Source of the DNA: an uncultured beta proteobacterium
GTDB lineage: Bacteria; Pseudomonadota; Gammaproteobacteria; Burkholderiales; SHXO01
DNA: 64,000 bases
Assembly (NCBI GenBank): GCA_963747025.1
Contig: CAVVDJ010000015.1
Coordinates: 2,745-66,744, forward strand
Direction: 5' to 3'
Position numbers and translations under genes: made by a program. This document shows, piece after piece, positions 51,027 to 60,072 of the stretch. The notes under the pieces are model-generated. The model was not told the origin of the DNA. It saw only the letters and a list, made by a program, of their open reading frames with translations, and made no database searches. Position 1 is the first letter of the stretch, and each line of letters opens with the position of its first letter.

Positions 51027-52602
51027 ATGACCAGTGCGACGGCTGACAGCGTCCTTTTGTTGGACTTGGTTGCACCGGCCCTGGTATCGTGACCGCCCGG
51101 TGGCAGTCGCGTTCGTCGTGTCGTGCTGCTGCACGCGCTGGCGATAGCTTTTCTTCCCGGCCTGCGTACTCCGGTTCCCAAGCAGAAGGTATTGACGGTG
51201 AATCTCGCGCCGGCGCCACAACCGTCCGCGCCGCGCGAGGAAGCAGCCAAAAGCGCAGCCTAAACCAGCGCCGGCCAAGAAGCAGGTTCCGAAACCGTTT
51301 CAGCGTCAGGATCTCAAAGCGGCGCCAACCCCGGCGCCGATGCCCAAGCCGCAAGCGCGTCCCGAACTTCCGCCGCAGCCGAGCCCGGAGCCGCGCGTTC
51401 AAGCGAGACCCGAGGTCGCGCCTCCACCTCAGACACTGGCGCGCGTGGAGCCGCGCCCAGAGCCACGCGTTCAGCCCTTGCCGCAGGTGCGGTCCGAGCC
51501 GAGGTCCGACCTCAGGCCAGAGCCGCGCCCCGAGCCCAGGCTCGAGCCTCGTCAGGAACTGAAACCGGATGCGCGGATTGAGCCGCGTGTGGAGCCTCGT
51601 CCGCAAGCGAGTCCAGAGGTGCGGCCTTTGCCGCGGGTGGAGCCCAAGACGGAAGCAGTCCCCGTTCCTCGCGTGGAGCCGCGGCTCGAGCCGAATCGAG
51701 AGCCGGTGCCCGTCGCGCGTCCTGACGTCCGACCCGAGACCGTGACCGCGCCCAAGGTGGAGTCGCCGCTGCCGCGGGTTGCGCCGCGCCCGAGCCGGCC
51801 CCAGTGCGTCGCAGCGAGCCGCGCCCGGAGCCGCAGCGCGAATCGGTTCCGGTGGCGCGTCCCGAAGTCAGTCCCGAATCGGTCACCGCGCCGCGAGTGG
51901 ACGCGCCGCGGGCAGAGGCGCGGGCGCAGCCGCAGGTCACCGCAAAAGCGGAGCCGCGGCCCGAGCCAACACTTGCACCTCGACAGCAGCCGCAAGTCGA
52001 AGCACCCACCGCGCCGCCGCAGCCGGTTGCACCAGCGCCCGAGCCGATGACCTCGGCGCGTCCGCAACCGCGCGCAGAGCCGGTGCCGCTCCCGCGAGCG
52101 GAGCCGCAAGTTCGCTCCGAGCCCAAGGCGCAGCCCAAGTACGAGGCGCGCGCAGAGCCGAGCGCACCCACGCCACTGGCTGCGCCCGCTCCACCGGGGC
52201 CAACCAGACCGTCCGGGGCGGCCGCACCTTCCAACCCGGTTGCTCAAACCCCTCTGCCGACGCCGCCCAAGCTGAAACGAGGAGACGAAGATGCTGCGCA
52301 TCTTGCGCTTCCAGCGGATGTGTCCGCATCGTGGGAAAGGTGGTGTCGGAGCGAGACTATCCACGCCTCGCGCGAGACCGGGGCTGGCAGGGTTCGACGA
52401 TGGTCCGCGTCGAGATCGGGCCGGATGGTCTGCTGCAAGGCGGTCACCGTGACGCGGAGCAGCGGCTACTCGGTGCTCGACGACCGTGCGGTCTCGAAGA
52501 TCAGGGAGATCAAGCTGCCGAACATACCCGACGAGTTGCGCGAGCGCGCGTTCAGCCTTCGACGTTCCGTTCAGATTTTCGCTGCGCAACCGCGAGCAGT
52601 AG
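51027..52602 (+). pseudogene. tonB: TonB-family energy transducer with an unusually long Pro-rich spacer; at least 6 frameshifts
   Basis: The TM anchor is (V)LLHALAIAFLPGL. Roughly 350 aa of EPRPEPRV/PxP repeats follow. The TonB C-terminal domain (YPRLARDRGWQGSTMVRVEIGPDG, VTVTRSSGYSVLDDRAVSKIREIKLP) is split over three frames. The start is approximate; the end is TAG at 52600-52602. Confidence 0.75.
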
Positions 52603-52621
52603 CGCCGGCGGGGTTCGGGAC

Positions 52622-53560
52622 ATGTCCGACGTACTGTTCCCACCGCTGGAACCCTATGCATCAGGGTGGCTCGACAGCACCGACGGGCACCGGATCTGGC
52701 ATGAGCAGTCCGGCAACCCGCAAGGCGTGCCAGTGCTCTTCCTCCATGGCGGGCCCGGCAGCAGCACCAACCCCGATCATCGCCGCTTTTTCGATCCCGC
52801 GTTCTATCGCATCGTGCTGTTGGATCAGCGTGGCTGCGGTCGCTCCACGCCGCGCGGTGAGATTCACGCGAACACAACGCCGCTCCTGCTCAGCGACCTC
52901 GAGCGGCTGCGCGTTGCACTCGACATCAGGCGCTGGCTGTTGTTCGGTGGCAGCTGGGGCAGCACTCTGGCGCTGGCCTACGCCCAGGCCCACCGCGAGG
53001 CGGTGAGCGGGTTGGTGCTGCGGGGGTTGTTCTTGGCCTCAGACGACGAGGTCTCGTGGTTCGTCACCGGACTGAGCCGTTTCTTGCCCGAAGCGTGGAG
53101 CGCGTTCGCGTCCGGCGGGGACGACCAGTCGTGCGCGGGCCTGTTGCGGCGCTATCACGAGCGCGTCACTCTGGACGACGTAGCAGCGGCCGGGCGTTGG
53201 AACGCGTGGGAATCGGCGGTCATGGCCGTGGGCGAGGCGCCGCCCGCTTCTTCCGCAGCTGACATGGGGACGCTCGCACGCGTTCGCATCCAGCTTCATT
53301 ACCTCGTCAACGATTGTTTTCTCACGCCAGGCCAGTTGTTGCGCGGTCTGGAACGCCTGGTTGGCGTGCCCGCGCTCTTGGTGCAAGGCCGCCGCGATTT
53401 GGTCTGCCCTCCCAGCACCGCGTACACTGTCGCGGAGCAGTGGCCTGGCGCACAGCTGCGTATGGTGGAGGAGGGCGGCCACTCGTCCATGCATCCCGCC
53501 ATCGCGCGGGCCCTGGTCCAGGCTACGCAAGATATGAAACGGCTGATCACGCCGATATGA
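52622..53560 (+). CDS. pip: Prolyl aminopeptidase (proline iminopeptidase)
   Basis: 312 aa: PVLFLHGGPGSS, RRFFDP..YRIVLLDQRGCGRS, FGGSWGSTLALAYAQ. Confidence 0.9.
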   Translation: MSDVLFPPLEPYASGWLDSTDGHRIWHEQSGNPQGVPVLFLHGGPGSSTNPDHRRFFDPAFYRIVLLDQRGCGRSTPRGEIHANTTPLLLSDLERLRVALDIRRWLLFGGSWGSTLALAYAQAHREAVSGLVLRGLFLASDDEVSWFVTGLSRFLPEAWSAFASGGDDQSCAGLLRRYHERVTLDDVAAAGRWNAWESAVMAVGEAPPASSAADMGTLARVRIQLHYLVNDCFLTPGQLLRGLERLVGVPALLVQGRRDLVCPPSTAYTVAEQWPGAQLRMVEEGGHSSMHPAIARALVQATQDMKRLITPI

Positions 53561-55320
53561 GCCTGCGCTTTCGCATCAACCTCATCATCACGGTGGTGAT
53601 CTTGCTGTTCTCCTTGGTTACGGCCAAGATCGTGCTGGACGACATGCGCAGCTCTATCCGCGAGGAGATGGAAGCCGGAACCAAGGTCACCCAGCAGTTG
53701 CTGAGCACGGTGCTGTATAGCAGTCAGTTCGCTCCTCGATCGCACGATCCGCTCGGCGTCTTGCTTCCCTTCCTGCACAGTCTCGGGCGCGTACGCGCGC
53801 ACGAGATCCGGCTGTATGCGGACGACGGCACTTTGGTCTACACCTCGCCTCCGCCTCTGTACAAAGCGGGCCGCGCTGCGCCGGAGTGGTTCTCACGCCT
53901 GGTATCGCCTCGTCTGCCCGACGCGGAGCTGAGCGTCAATGGTGGCCACATCACGGTGACGCCAGATGCCTCGCGTGCCATCCTCGACGCGTGGGACGAC
54001 ATGAAGAATCTGATCGGACTGGCTCTGGGCTTCTTGCTGCTCGTCAATGCTGTGGTGTTCTGGCTGCTGGGCCGCGCGTTAAGGCCGGTCACCCCGATCC
54101 TGCGTGGCCTATCCGAGATGGAGCGCGGGCGGTTGAATACACGGCTGCCTGAATTCTCGCTGCGCGAGTTCGATTCGATCAGCCACACCTTCAACCGCAT
54201 GGCGCAGGCGCTGGAAGAAACCCATGCCGAAAACATGCGATTGGCGCTGGTCGCCAAGCAGTCAACCGACGCCATCATGATCCACGATCTGGAGGGCAGA
54301 ATCTCGTTCTGGAACCCGGCGGCAGAACGCCTGTTCGGCTATGCGCCCGAGCAGATCGTGGGACAGTCCACGACGCTGCTTACCCCGCCTGGATTTGAGG
54401 CCGAAGTGGCCGAACATCTCGACACCATTCGGCGCCGGCGGATAGTAGACAACGTCGAGACGCGCCGGCTGACACGTGACGGGCGCCTGGTGGATGTGGC
54501 GCTGTCGGCGACCGCTTTGATCGATCCCGACAGCGGCGAAGTGATCGGGGGGATCCGCAGGATGCGCGACATTACGGAGCGCAAGCGCGCGCAAGAGACC
54601 GAGAAGGAGCTGGAGCAGAACCGGCGGCTGACGCAACTGATCCAAACGCGCCTGGAGGAGGAGCGCCGATCTATCGCTCGCGAGCTGCACGATGAGCTCG
54701 GGCAGTGCGTCACCGCGATCAAGACGATCGGCGCTGCCATCGCCAACCGCACGCAGACCGCGGCGCCCGAGATTCACCGCAGCGCGCAGACCATCGTCGA
54801 GGTGGCGAGCCACATCTACGACGTGGTGCACGGGATCATCCGCCAGCTTCGCCCAAGTGCACTGGACAACCTGGGTCTGCAAGAAGCCGTCGAGGACATG
54901 GTCAATACATGGCGCGAGCGTCACCCGGAGATCGTCTGCGGGCTGAAGCTGAGTGGGGATCTCGCCGACCTGGGCGAGGCGATCAACATCACTGCGTACC
55001 GGCTGGTTCAGGAGTGCTTGACCAACGTCTTGCGCCACGCCGATGCTACTCGCGCCGACATCGAGATCAGGCGCGAGAGTGGCGTGCTCCATTTGCATGT
55101 GGCGGACGATGGCAGGGGGCTGGGGGAGGGCAACGAAAGCGAGACAGCGCGCTTTGGCCTCATGGGCCTTCGCGAGCGCGTACAGGCGCTGCAGGGGGAG
55201 TTCGGGCTCGAATCTCGGCCGGGACAGGGGCTCAGAGTGAGCGCAGCCATCCCCGTTCGGTCGACTGCTCATGGGGCGGCGGACAGCCCTGATGTGGAAG
55301 TGAAGGCGGTCGCGAAATGA
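53557..55320 (+). CDS. Sensor histidine kinase (TM-HAMP-PAS-HisKA_3-HATPase), NarX/UhpB class
   Basis: The ATG overlaps the pip TGA (ATGA). HAMP, PAS (IMIHDLEGRISFWNPAAERLFGY), ARELHDELGQ (HisKA_3 phospho-His) and DDGRGL (ATPase G1) are present. Confidence 0.9.
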   Translation: MSLRFRINLIITVVILLFSLVTAKIVLDDMRSSIREEMEAGTKVTQQLLSTVLYSSQFAPRSHDPLGVLLPFLHSLGRVRAHEIRLYADDGTLVYTSPPPLYKAGRAAPEWFSRLVSPRLPDAELSVNGGHITVTPDASRAILDAWDDMKNLIGLALGFLLLVNAVVFWLLGRALRPVTPILRGLSEMERGRLNTRLPEFSLREFDSISHTFNRMAQALEETHAENMRLALVAKQSTDAIMIHDLEGRISFWNPAAERLFGYAPEQIVGQSTTLLTPPGFEAEVAEHLDTIRRRRIVDNVETRRLTRDGRLVDVALSATALIDPDSGEVIGGIRRMRDITERKRAQETEKELEQNRRLTQLIQTRLEEERRSIARELHDELGQCVTAIKTIGAAIANRTQTAAPEIHRSAQTIVEVASHIYDVVHGIIRQLRPSALDNLGLQEAVEDMVNTWRERHPEIVCGLKLSGDLADLGEAINITAYRLVQECLTNVLRHADATRADIEIRRESGVLHLHVADDGRGLGEGNESETARFGLMGLRERVQALQGEFGLESRPGQGLRVSAAIPVRSTAHGAADSPDVEVKAVAK

Positions 55321-55961
55321 CGCAGCCTCAAGTGCGGGTGATGCTGGTTGACGACCACGCCGTGGTCCGCATGGGGTTCCGGCTCTTGCTCGAGGGAGCA
55401 GCTGATCTGAAAGTTGCCGCGGAAGCGAACAGTGGCGAAGAGGCGGTGCGCAGCTTCGCAGAGGTGAAGCCGGACGTGGTGGTCATGGATATCTCGATGC
55501 CGGGAATCGGTGGCCTGGAGGCGATCGACCGTATCCTCGCCCGCGAACCTCAGGCGCGGATCTTAGTGCTGTCGGCCCACGAGGACATCATGCATGCCAG
55601 GCGAGTGCTCAAGGCCGGTGCGGCGGGCTATCTCACCAAGCGCAGTGCCGCCGAGGCGCTGATCGACGCCATCCGCCAAGTTGCACAGGGCAAGACCTAT
55701 CTCGAGCCGTCCATCGCGCAGCAGCTCGCCCTCCAGCAGCTGAGCGGAGACAAGAGCCCGGTCGACATGCTTAGCGAAAAGGAGTTCAAGGTGTTCCTCG
55801 CGCTCGCTAAGGGCAAGTCGGTCGCGGAGATCGCCGAGGTGATGTCGCTCAGCCCGCGCACCGTGGGAACACATCTCTATAATATTAAACAGAAATTGGG
55901 TGCATCCAACTCGGCAGAGCTGGCCATCATGGCGATCCGGGCCGGCTTGGTCGAGCCTTGA
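55317..55961 (+). CDS. NarL/LuxR-family response regulator
   Basis: The ATG overlaps the kinase TGA (ATGA). It has a REC domain (VMLVDDH, VVVMDISMPG) and a LuxR HTH (LSEKEFKVFLALAKGKSVAEIAEVMSLSPRTVGTHLYNI). Confidence 0.92.
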   Translation: MTQPQVRVMLVDDHAVVRMGFRLLLEGAADLKVAAEANSGEEAVRSFAEVKPDVVVMDISMPGIGGLEAIDRILAREPQARILVLSAHEDIMHARRVLKAGAAGYLTKRSAAEALIDAIRQVAQGKTYLEPSIAQQLALQQLSGDKSPVDMLSEKEFKVFLALAKGKSVAEIAEVMSLSPRTVGTHLYNIKQKLGASNSAELAIMAIRAGLVEP

Positions 55962-55973
55962 TCCCCAGCGAGC

Positions 55974-55997
55974 CCTAAATCTAATGAAAATCATGAG
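55974..55997 (+). promoter_or_regulatory. Second copy of the AT-rich operator candidate, upstream of orphan pqqA
   Basis: cctaaatctaatgaaaatcatgag. It matches the site at 50959-50981 in the same orientation relative to pqqA and lies about 125 nt upstream of ATG 56120. Confidence 0.5.
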
Positions 55998-56119
55998 GCC
56001 GATTTAAGCGATTTCCGCTGGCTGCCAGGATGGAGGGTGGACACAATAGGTTCGGCAATAAGGTGTATTCCTCCCAGTTGAGTTGGCTGAACCAGAACTA
56101 GAACCAAGGAGAAAACATT

Positions 56120-56191
56120 ATGTGGACCAAGCCTGAATTTACCGAGATGCGTTTCGGCTTCGAAGTAACGATGTACATCTACAACCGGTAA
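56120..56191 (+). CDS. pqqA: PQQ precursor peptide PqqA (copy 2, monocistronic orphan)
   Basis: Hand translation: [23 protein letters not shown]-stop. AAGGAG at 56106-56111. 21 of 23 residues are identical to copy 1. Confidence 0.93.
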   Translation: MWTKPEFTEMRFGFEVTMYIYNR

Positions 56192-56206
56192 CCGAACTAG
56201 TCTCAC

Positions 56207-56240
56207 GAAAAGGGCTGCCTGCGGGCAGCCCTTTTCATTT
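56207..56240 (+). terminator. Intrinsic terminator after orphan pqqA
   Basis: gaaaagggctgcc-tgcg-ggcagcccttttc followed by attt. Confidence 0.8.
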
Positions 56241-56401
56241 GGGACGCTCGCGGTCCGCGCCGAGGATGTCAGGCACTCTCATGGCGGCGCAGGAGACTGG
56301 CAACGTAACGCGACGCGCTGGCACGAAGCCACACCTACGGCAGGTCTTGGTTCCCAGCATGCGGGTGTAACATACCTCGCTTTCGCGTACAGGGGGGGTA
56401 A

Positions 56402-56956
56402 ATGGCAAACGATATCAGCGTCCGTCGCTACGACAGGGTCGCCATTGCGCTGCACTGGCTCGTGGCGGTCGGTGTGTTCGTCATGATCGGTCTTGGTTGG
56501 TACATGACCGACATCCCGAAGGGTACGCCACAGCGCGCGTTCTTCTTCAACCTGCACAAGTCGATCGGCGTAACGCTGGGGCTCATCGTCCTGATACGGG
56601 TGGTATGGCGGTGGAACCATCAGCCGCCACCGCTGCCGTCGGGTACGGCGGGATGGGTCGTGAACGCGTCGAGGTTGAGCCATGGTTTGCTTTATGCCCT
56701 ACTGGTCTTGATGCCCATTGCGGGCTTCACCGCCTCCAACTTCAGCAAGTATGGAGTGACCTACTTCGGGCTGTTCAAGATCGGGCCGCTGTTCCCCGAG
56801 AACAAAGCCTTGTACGAGTTGTTCCAGGGTATCCATCACGCCGCCTCCGAGGTGCTGGTGATCGTGATTTGCATCCACATTGCCGGCGCGTTGAAGCACC
56901 TGCTGATCGACAAGGACGGTGTCTTCTTCCGCATGCTGCCAGGTCGCTCGTCTTGA
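56402..56956 (+). CDS. cybB: Cytochrome b561 family protein (CybB-like)
   Basis: 184 aa. RYDRVAIALHWLVA, NLHKSIGV and IHIAGALKHLLIDKDGVFFRM carry the conserved His ligands in four TM helices. Confidence 0.9.
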   Translation: MANDISVRRYDRVAIALHWLVAVGVFVMIGLGWYMTDIPKGTPQRAFFFNLHKSIGVTLGLIVLIRVVWRWNHQPPPLPSGTAGWVVNASRLSHGLLYALLVLMPIAGFTASNFSKYGVTYFGLFKIGPLFPENKALYELFQGIHHAASEVLVIVICIHIAGALKHLLIDKDGVFFRMLPGRSS

Positions 56957-57007
56957 TCGACGACAGGGTGCGAAGCCCCAGCCGCCCCCGAGCGGGCGGA
57001 AGAAGCG

Positions 57008-58938
57008 TCAGGCGCGACGGTTGCCGCGCAGGTAGACGAAGCCGATGACGATGATCGTCACCAGCGCAAGCTGCAGAGATCAGGCCCTGCAGGTTCGGGT
57101 AGATGCCGAGCAGTGGGATCGAGGGGAAGTCGATCCGGTTAGACGCGAGCTTACCCGCCTCTTGCAGGGCGGCGATGCCCTGGCCGGCGAACACGACGGC
57201 CATTATCGCAAGCAACACGGAGCTCGCGGCGAAGAACGTCCCTAGCGGTAGTCGCACGCTGAAGCGCGCAATCAACCAAGCTAGCACGGCGAGCGCGGCC
57301 ACGCCGATCGCGAATCCCGCAATTACCGCAGTCTGGCCGCTGCCTTCGGATTGCACCCACAAAGCCTGATAGAACAAGACGGTCTCGAACACCTCGCGAT
57401 AAACGGCGAGAAAAGAGACCAGCGCGATGCTGAACAGCGCCCCACCGCTGAGAGCGGTGGTCATCTGGCTCTTGATGAACTCGCTCCAGCGCGCGGCGTT
57501 CGCCTTGCTGTGCAGCCAGAAGCCGACGTAGAGAAGGAGACCCGCGGCGACTAGAGCCGTGATGCCTTCGGTCACCTCACGGTGTGCTCCGCTGATGGCG
57601 ATGAGCTTGCTTGAGATCACCCACGTGAGTCCGCCAAGCAACAAGGCAGCGATCCAGCCAACGTGCAGCCACGGTAGGCTCTCACGCCTACCGGTGCGCA
57701 CCAGAAACGCGGCCATGGCGGCGAGGACCAGAATTGCCTCGAGACCCTCGCGCAGGATGATGATGAGCGAACTTACGAAGTTCGCGGTCGGGGATCGCCG
57801 CAGGGTCGGTCAGCCGCTGCTGCGCTTCCTCGAGCAGCTTGATGGCCGAATCGTGGTCGGTTTCGACTTCGCCCACTGGCCGGCCGGCTTTGATAGCGTT
57901 GCGGTAGCCCATCATTGCCGCTTCCGTGCGCGTGCGCAGATCGCGGTCGCGGTTGTCGAGGCTGGCTTCGATCAGCTCGAACCCCTCCAGATACGCTGTG
58001 ACCCCGAGCTGATACGCCTCTTCAGCCTTACCGGCACGGTAGGCTTCGAGACTGCCGTCCAAGCGTCGCGATGCTGAAGGCGATGGGCGTGCGCGCCGAT
58101 GCCTCCACTTGGGCCGGCTTGGCGCGCAGATAAGCCAGAATGGATTCGGCGTTGCCTCCTTGCTGGCGGGCCTCCGCTGGGGTCATGGTTACAAGCGCGG
58201 GGAGCGAACTGAATAGGGCGCGGCCGTCGCCGCGCTCCCAGGCGCGTGCTCCGCGCTCACGCTGCGAATCGCTGGCTGCAAACTGGCTCACGTAGAACGC
58301 GAGCCTCCAGCGCTCCTCGGCGCTCAGGTCGCTGAAGGCGGTCATCGCCGTGCCGTCTACACCGAGTGTAATCGTGTTGAACAAGGCGAATACGCTGCGA
58401 GCGGACTGACGCTTGCCGTCGCGAAAGTCGCTAGGGCGAGGCTCGAGCTTCGCCGCCTGCGGGCCTGCGCCGTCTCCGCTGGAGCCGTGACAGGCTGCGC
58501 AGCGCGCGGTGTAAAGCGCTGCGGCGGGAGCGAGATCGGGCGCCTGCTTGGGCGCCACCGGTATGCGGTATGCGGTGATCAGGTCTTGCTGAAGCCGGTG
58601 TGAGAGAACAGCTACCTCGGCGCCGTCTCCCTTGGCCTTGAATCAACGCCAGGAGTTGTTCGGCCTGGCGCACAAACGTTTCGCGCTTGGGGTCAGCCGG
58701 CAAGGCGGCGAGCAGCTCCCTGATCTGGCCAGCAAACTCTACCTGCTCGGCATATTCCGCCAGGGTTGACCACCTTACCCGCCTGGACAAACTGCGGGTA
58801 CTCCACCGATACGTAGTCGAGGAGGTGAAGGATGGTTTGCGGCCCGCTGTTGGGTGCGGCGATGTGCTGTGCCAACGCGGCATTCACCGGGAAGGCCAGG
58901 AACAGAAGCAGTGGGAACGGTCGGCACATGGACGGCAT
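57008..58938 (-). pseudogene. Cytochrome c domain fused to an FTR1/EfeU-type iron permease; at least 5 frameshifts
   Basis: Signal peptide (PLLLFLAFPVNAALA), helical domain, CAACHG haem motif (ORF 58028..58558), linker domain (ORF 57688..58062), and an FTR1 permease with REGLE and REVFE-type motifs (ORF 56775..57716). The true tail LQLALVTIIVIGFVYLRGNRRA-stop ends at 57008. Confidence 0.8.
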
Positions 58939-58977
58939 CGGGCTGAAAGCAATCTAGGCGAAACGTGGCCTCGTAAA

Positions 58978-58995
58978 TGCGAATTATAAGCATTG
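58978..58995. promoter_or_regulatory. Weak Fur-box-like site upstream of the cytochrome c-FTR1 gene
   Basis: tgcgaattataagcattg gives 13/18 matches when aligned by eye to TGATAATGATAATCATTA. It lies 40 nt from ATG 58938. Confidence 0.3.
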
Positions 58996-59116
58996 GGTCT
59001 CCGTTTGTCCGCATCGGCCACCAGGGTTTCAAAATATCTGCCACTGAGGGTTGCCTCGCCAATCTCACTCGGCGGACAGGTCCGGGATTTGTCACCGGAC
59101 CCGTTGCGGGCCGCTA

Positions 59117-59146
59117 TTGACAATCATTCTCATTGTGATTTATGCT
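59117..59146 (+). promoter_or_regulatory. Sigma-70-like promoter with an overlapping Fur-box candidate upstream of bfd
   Basis: TTGACA (59117-59122), an 18-nt spacer, then TATGCT (59141-59146). gacaatcattctcattgtg (59119-59137) matches 13/19 of the Fur consensus. Confidence 0.5.
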
Positions 59147-59170
59147 ACCGAAAGCTTAGGAGCCGCGACT

Positions 59171-59368
59171 GTGTATATTTGCGTTTGCAACGGAGTGACG
59201 GAGCAGCAGATCCGCGACGCGGTCTGCGAGGGCGCGTCGTCCGTGTGTGAGCTCAGCGCCAAGCTCGGCGTCGCCGCAGCGTGCGGTTGCTGCCGCCCGT
59301 TTGCCGGCCAAGTCCTGGACGAAACACTGCAGGTCCTCGGCTTCCCCGAGAACCGCGCCGCCGCCTGA
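59171..59368 (+). CDS. bfd: Bacterioferritin-associated ferredoxin (2Fe-2S)
   Basis: VYICVCNGVTEQQIRDAV...CGCCRP gives a C-x-C...C-x2-C Bfd pattern. GTG start follows AGGAG by 8 nt. Confidence 0.85.
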   Translation: MYICVCNGVTEQQIRDAVCEGASSVCELSAKLGVAAACGCCRPFAGQVLDETLQVLGFPENRAAA

Positions 59369-59540
59369 GTTCCCACGCCGGGGTAGATCGCCTGCCCAAG
59401 CGGAGCACGGGGCTGGTGCGTTGACCCCGCGTTCTTTTCCCCGAGTTCCGGCCGCCGCAGCCACTCTTGCGCGTGGTTTCCCTTGGTGCCGCGCCGTGCC
59501 TCGCTATAATGGCCGCGACCCCTGATTACATGGAGCCGAC

Positions 59541-60005
59541 ATGAAGGGCGATACCAAGGTCCTCGACTATCTCAACCGCGTACTCATCAACGAGCTCACC
59601 GCGATCAACCAGTACTTCCTGCATGCGCGCATGTTCCGCCACTGGGGACTCAAGAAGCTCGACGACTACGAGTACCACGAGTCCGTAGATGAGATGAAGC
59701 ACGCGGACAAGCTCATTAACCGGATTCTGTTTCTCGAGGGGCTGCCCAATCTGCAGCAGCTCAACAAGCTGTATGTCGGCGAGGATACCCCGGACGCGCT
59801 CAAGTGCGATTTGCGCATGGAGATGGAAGCGATTCCGCTGTTACGCGAGGCGATCGCCCATTGTGAGTCGTGCGACGACTACATCAGCCGGGAATTGCTC
59901 GAGGACATCCTGGATGGCGAAGAGGAGCACGTCGACTGGTTGGAAACGCAGATCGAACTGATCACCAAGGTCGGCCTGCAGAACTATATGCAATCTCAGA
60001 TGTGA
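59541..60005 (+). CDS. bfr: Bacterioferritin
   Basis: 154 aa: [49 protein letters not shown]. Confidence 0.97.
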   Translation: MKGDTKVLDYLNRVLINELTAINQYFLHARMFRHWGLKKLDDYEYHESVDEMKHADKLINRILFLEGLPNLQQLNKLYVGEDTPDALKCDLRMEMEAIPLLREAIAHCESCDDYISRELLEDILDGEEEHVDWLETQIELITKVGLQNYMQSQM

Positions 60006-60072
60006 CCCAACCGGGCCCTGATCCCGGCACCACGAGGCCTTTGCTGCCTCTGAACCTCGAGCCCGCGCTGCG

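Noticed and set aside
50707-51030. 107-aa plus-strand ORF in the pqqA / tonB spacer.
   Set aside because: Its first part is antisense to pqqA. It has no ribosome-binding site and no recognisable similarity. The region is better explained as the divergent promoter/leader that contains the shared operator.
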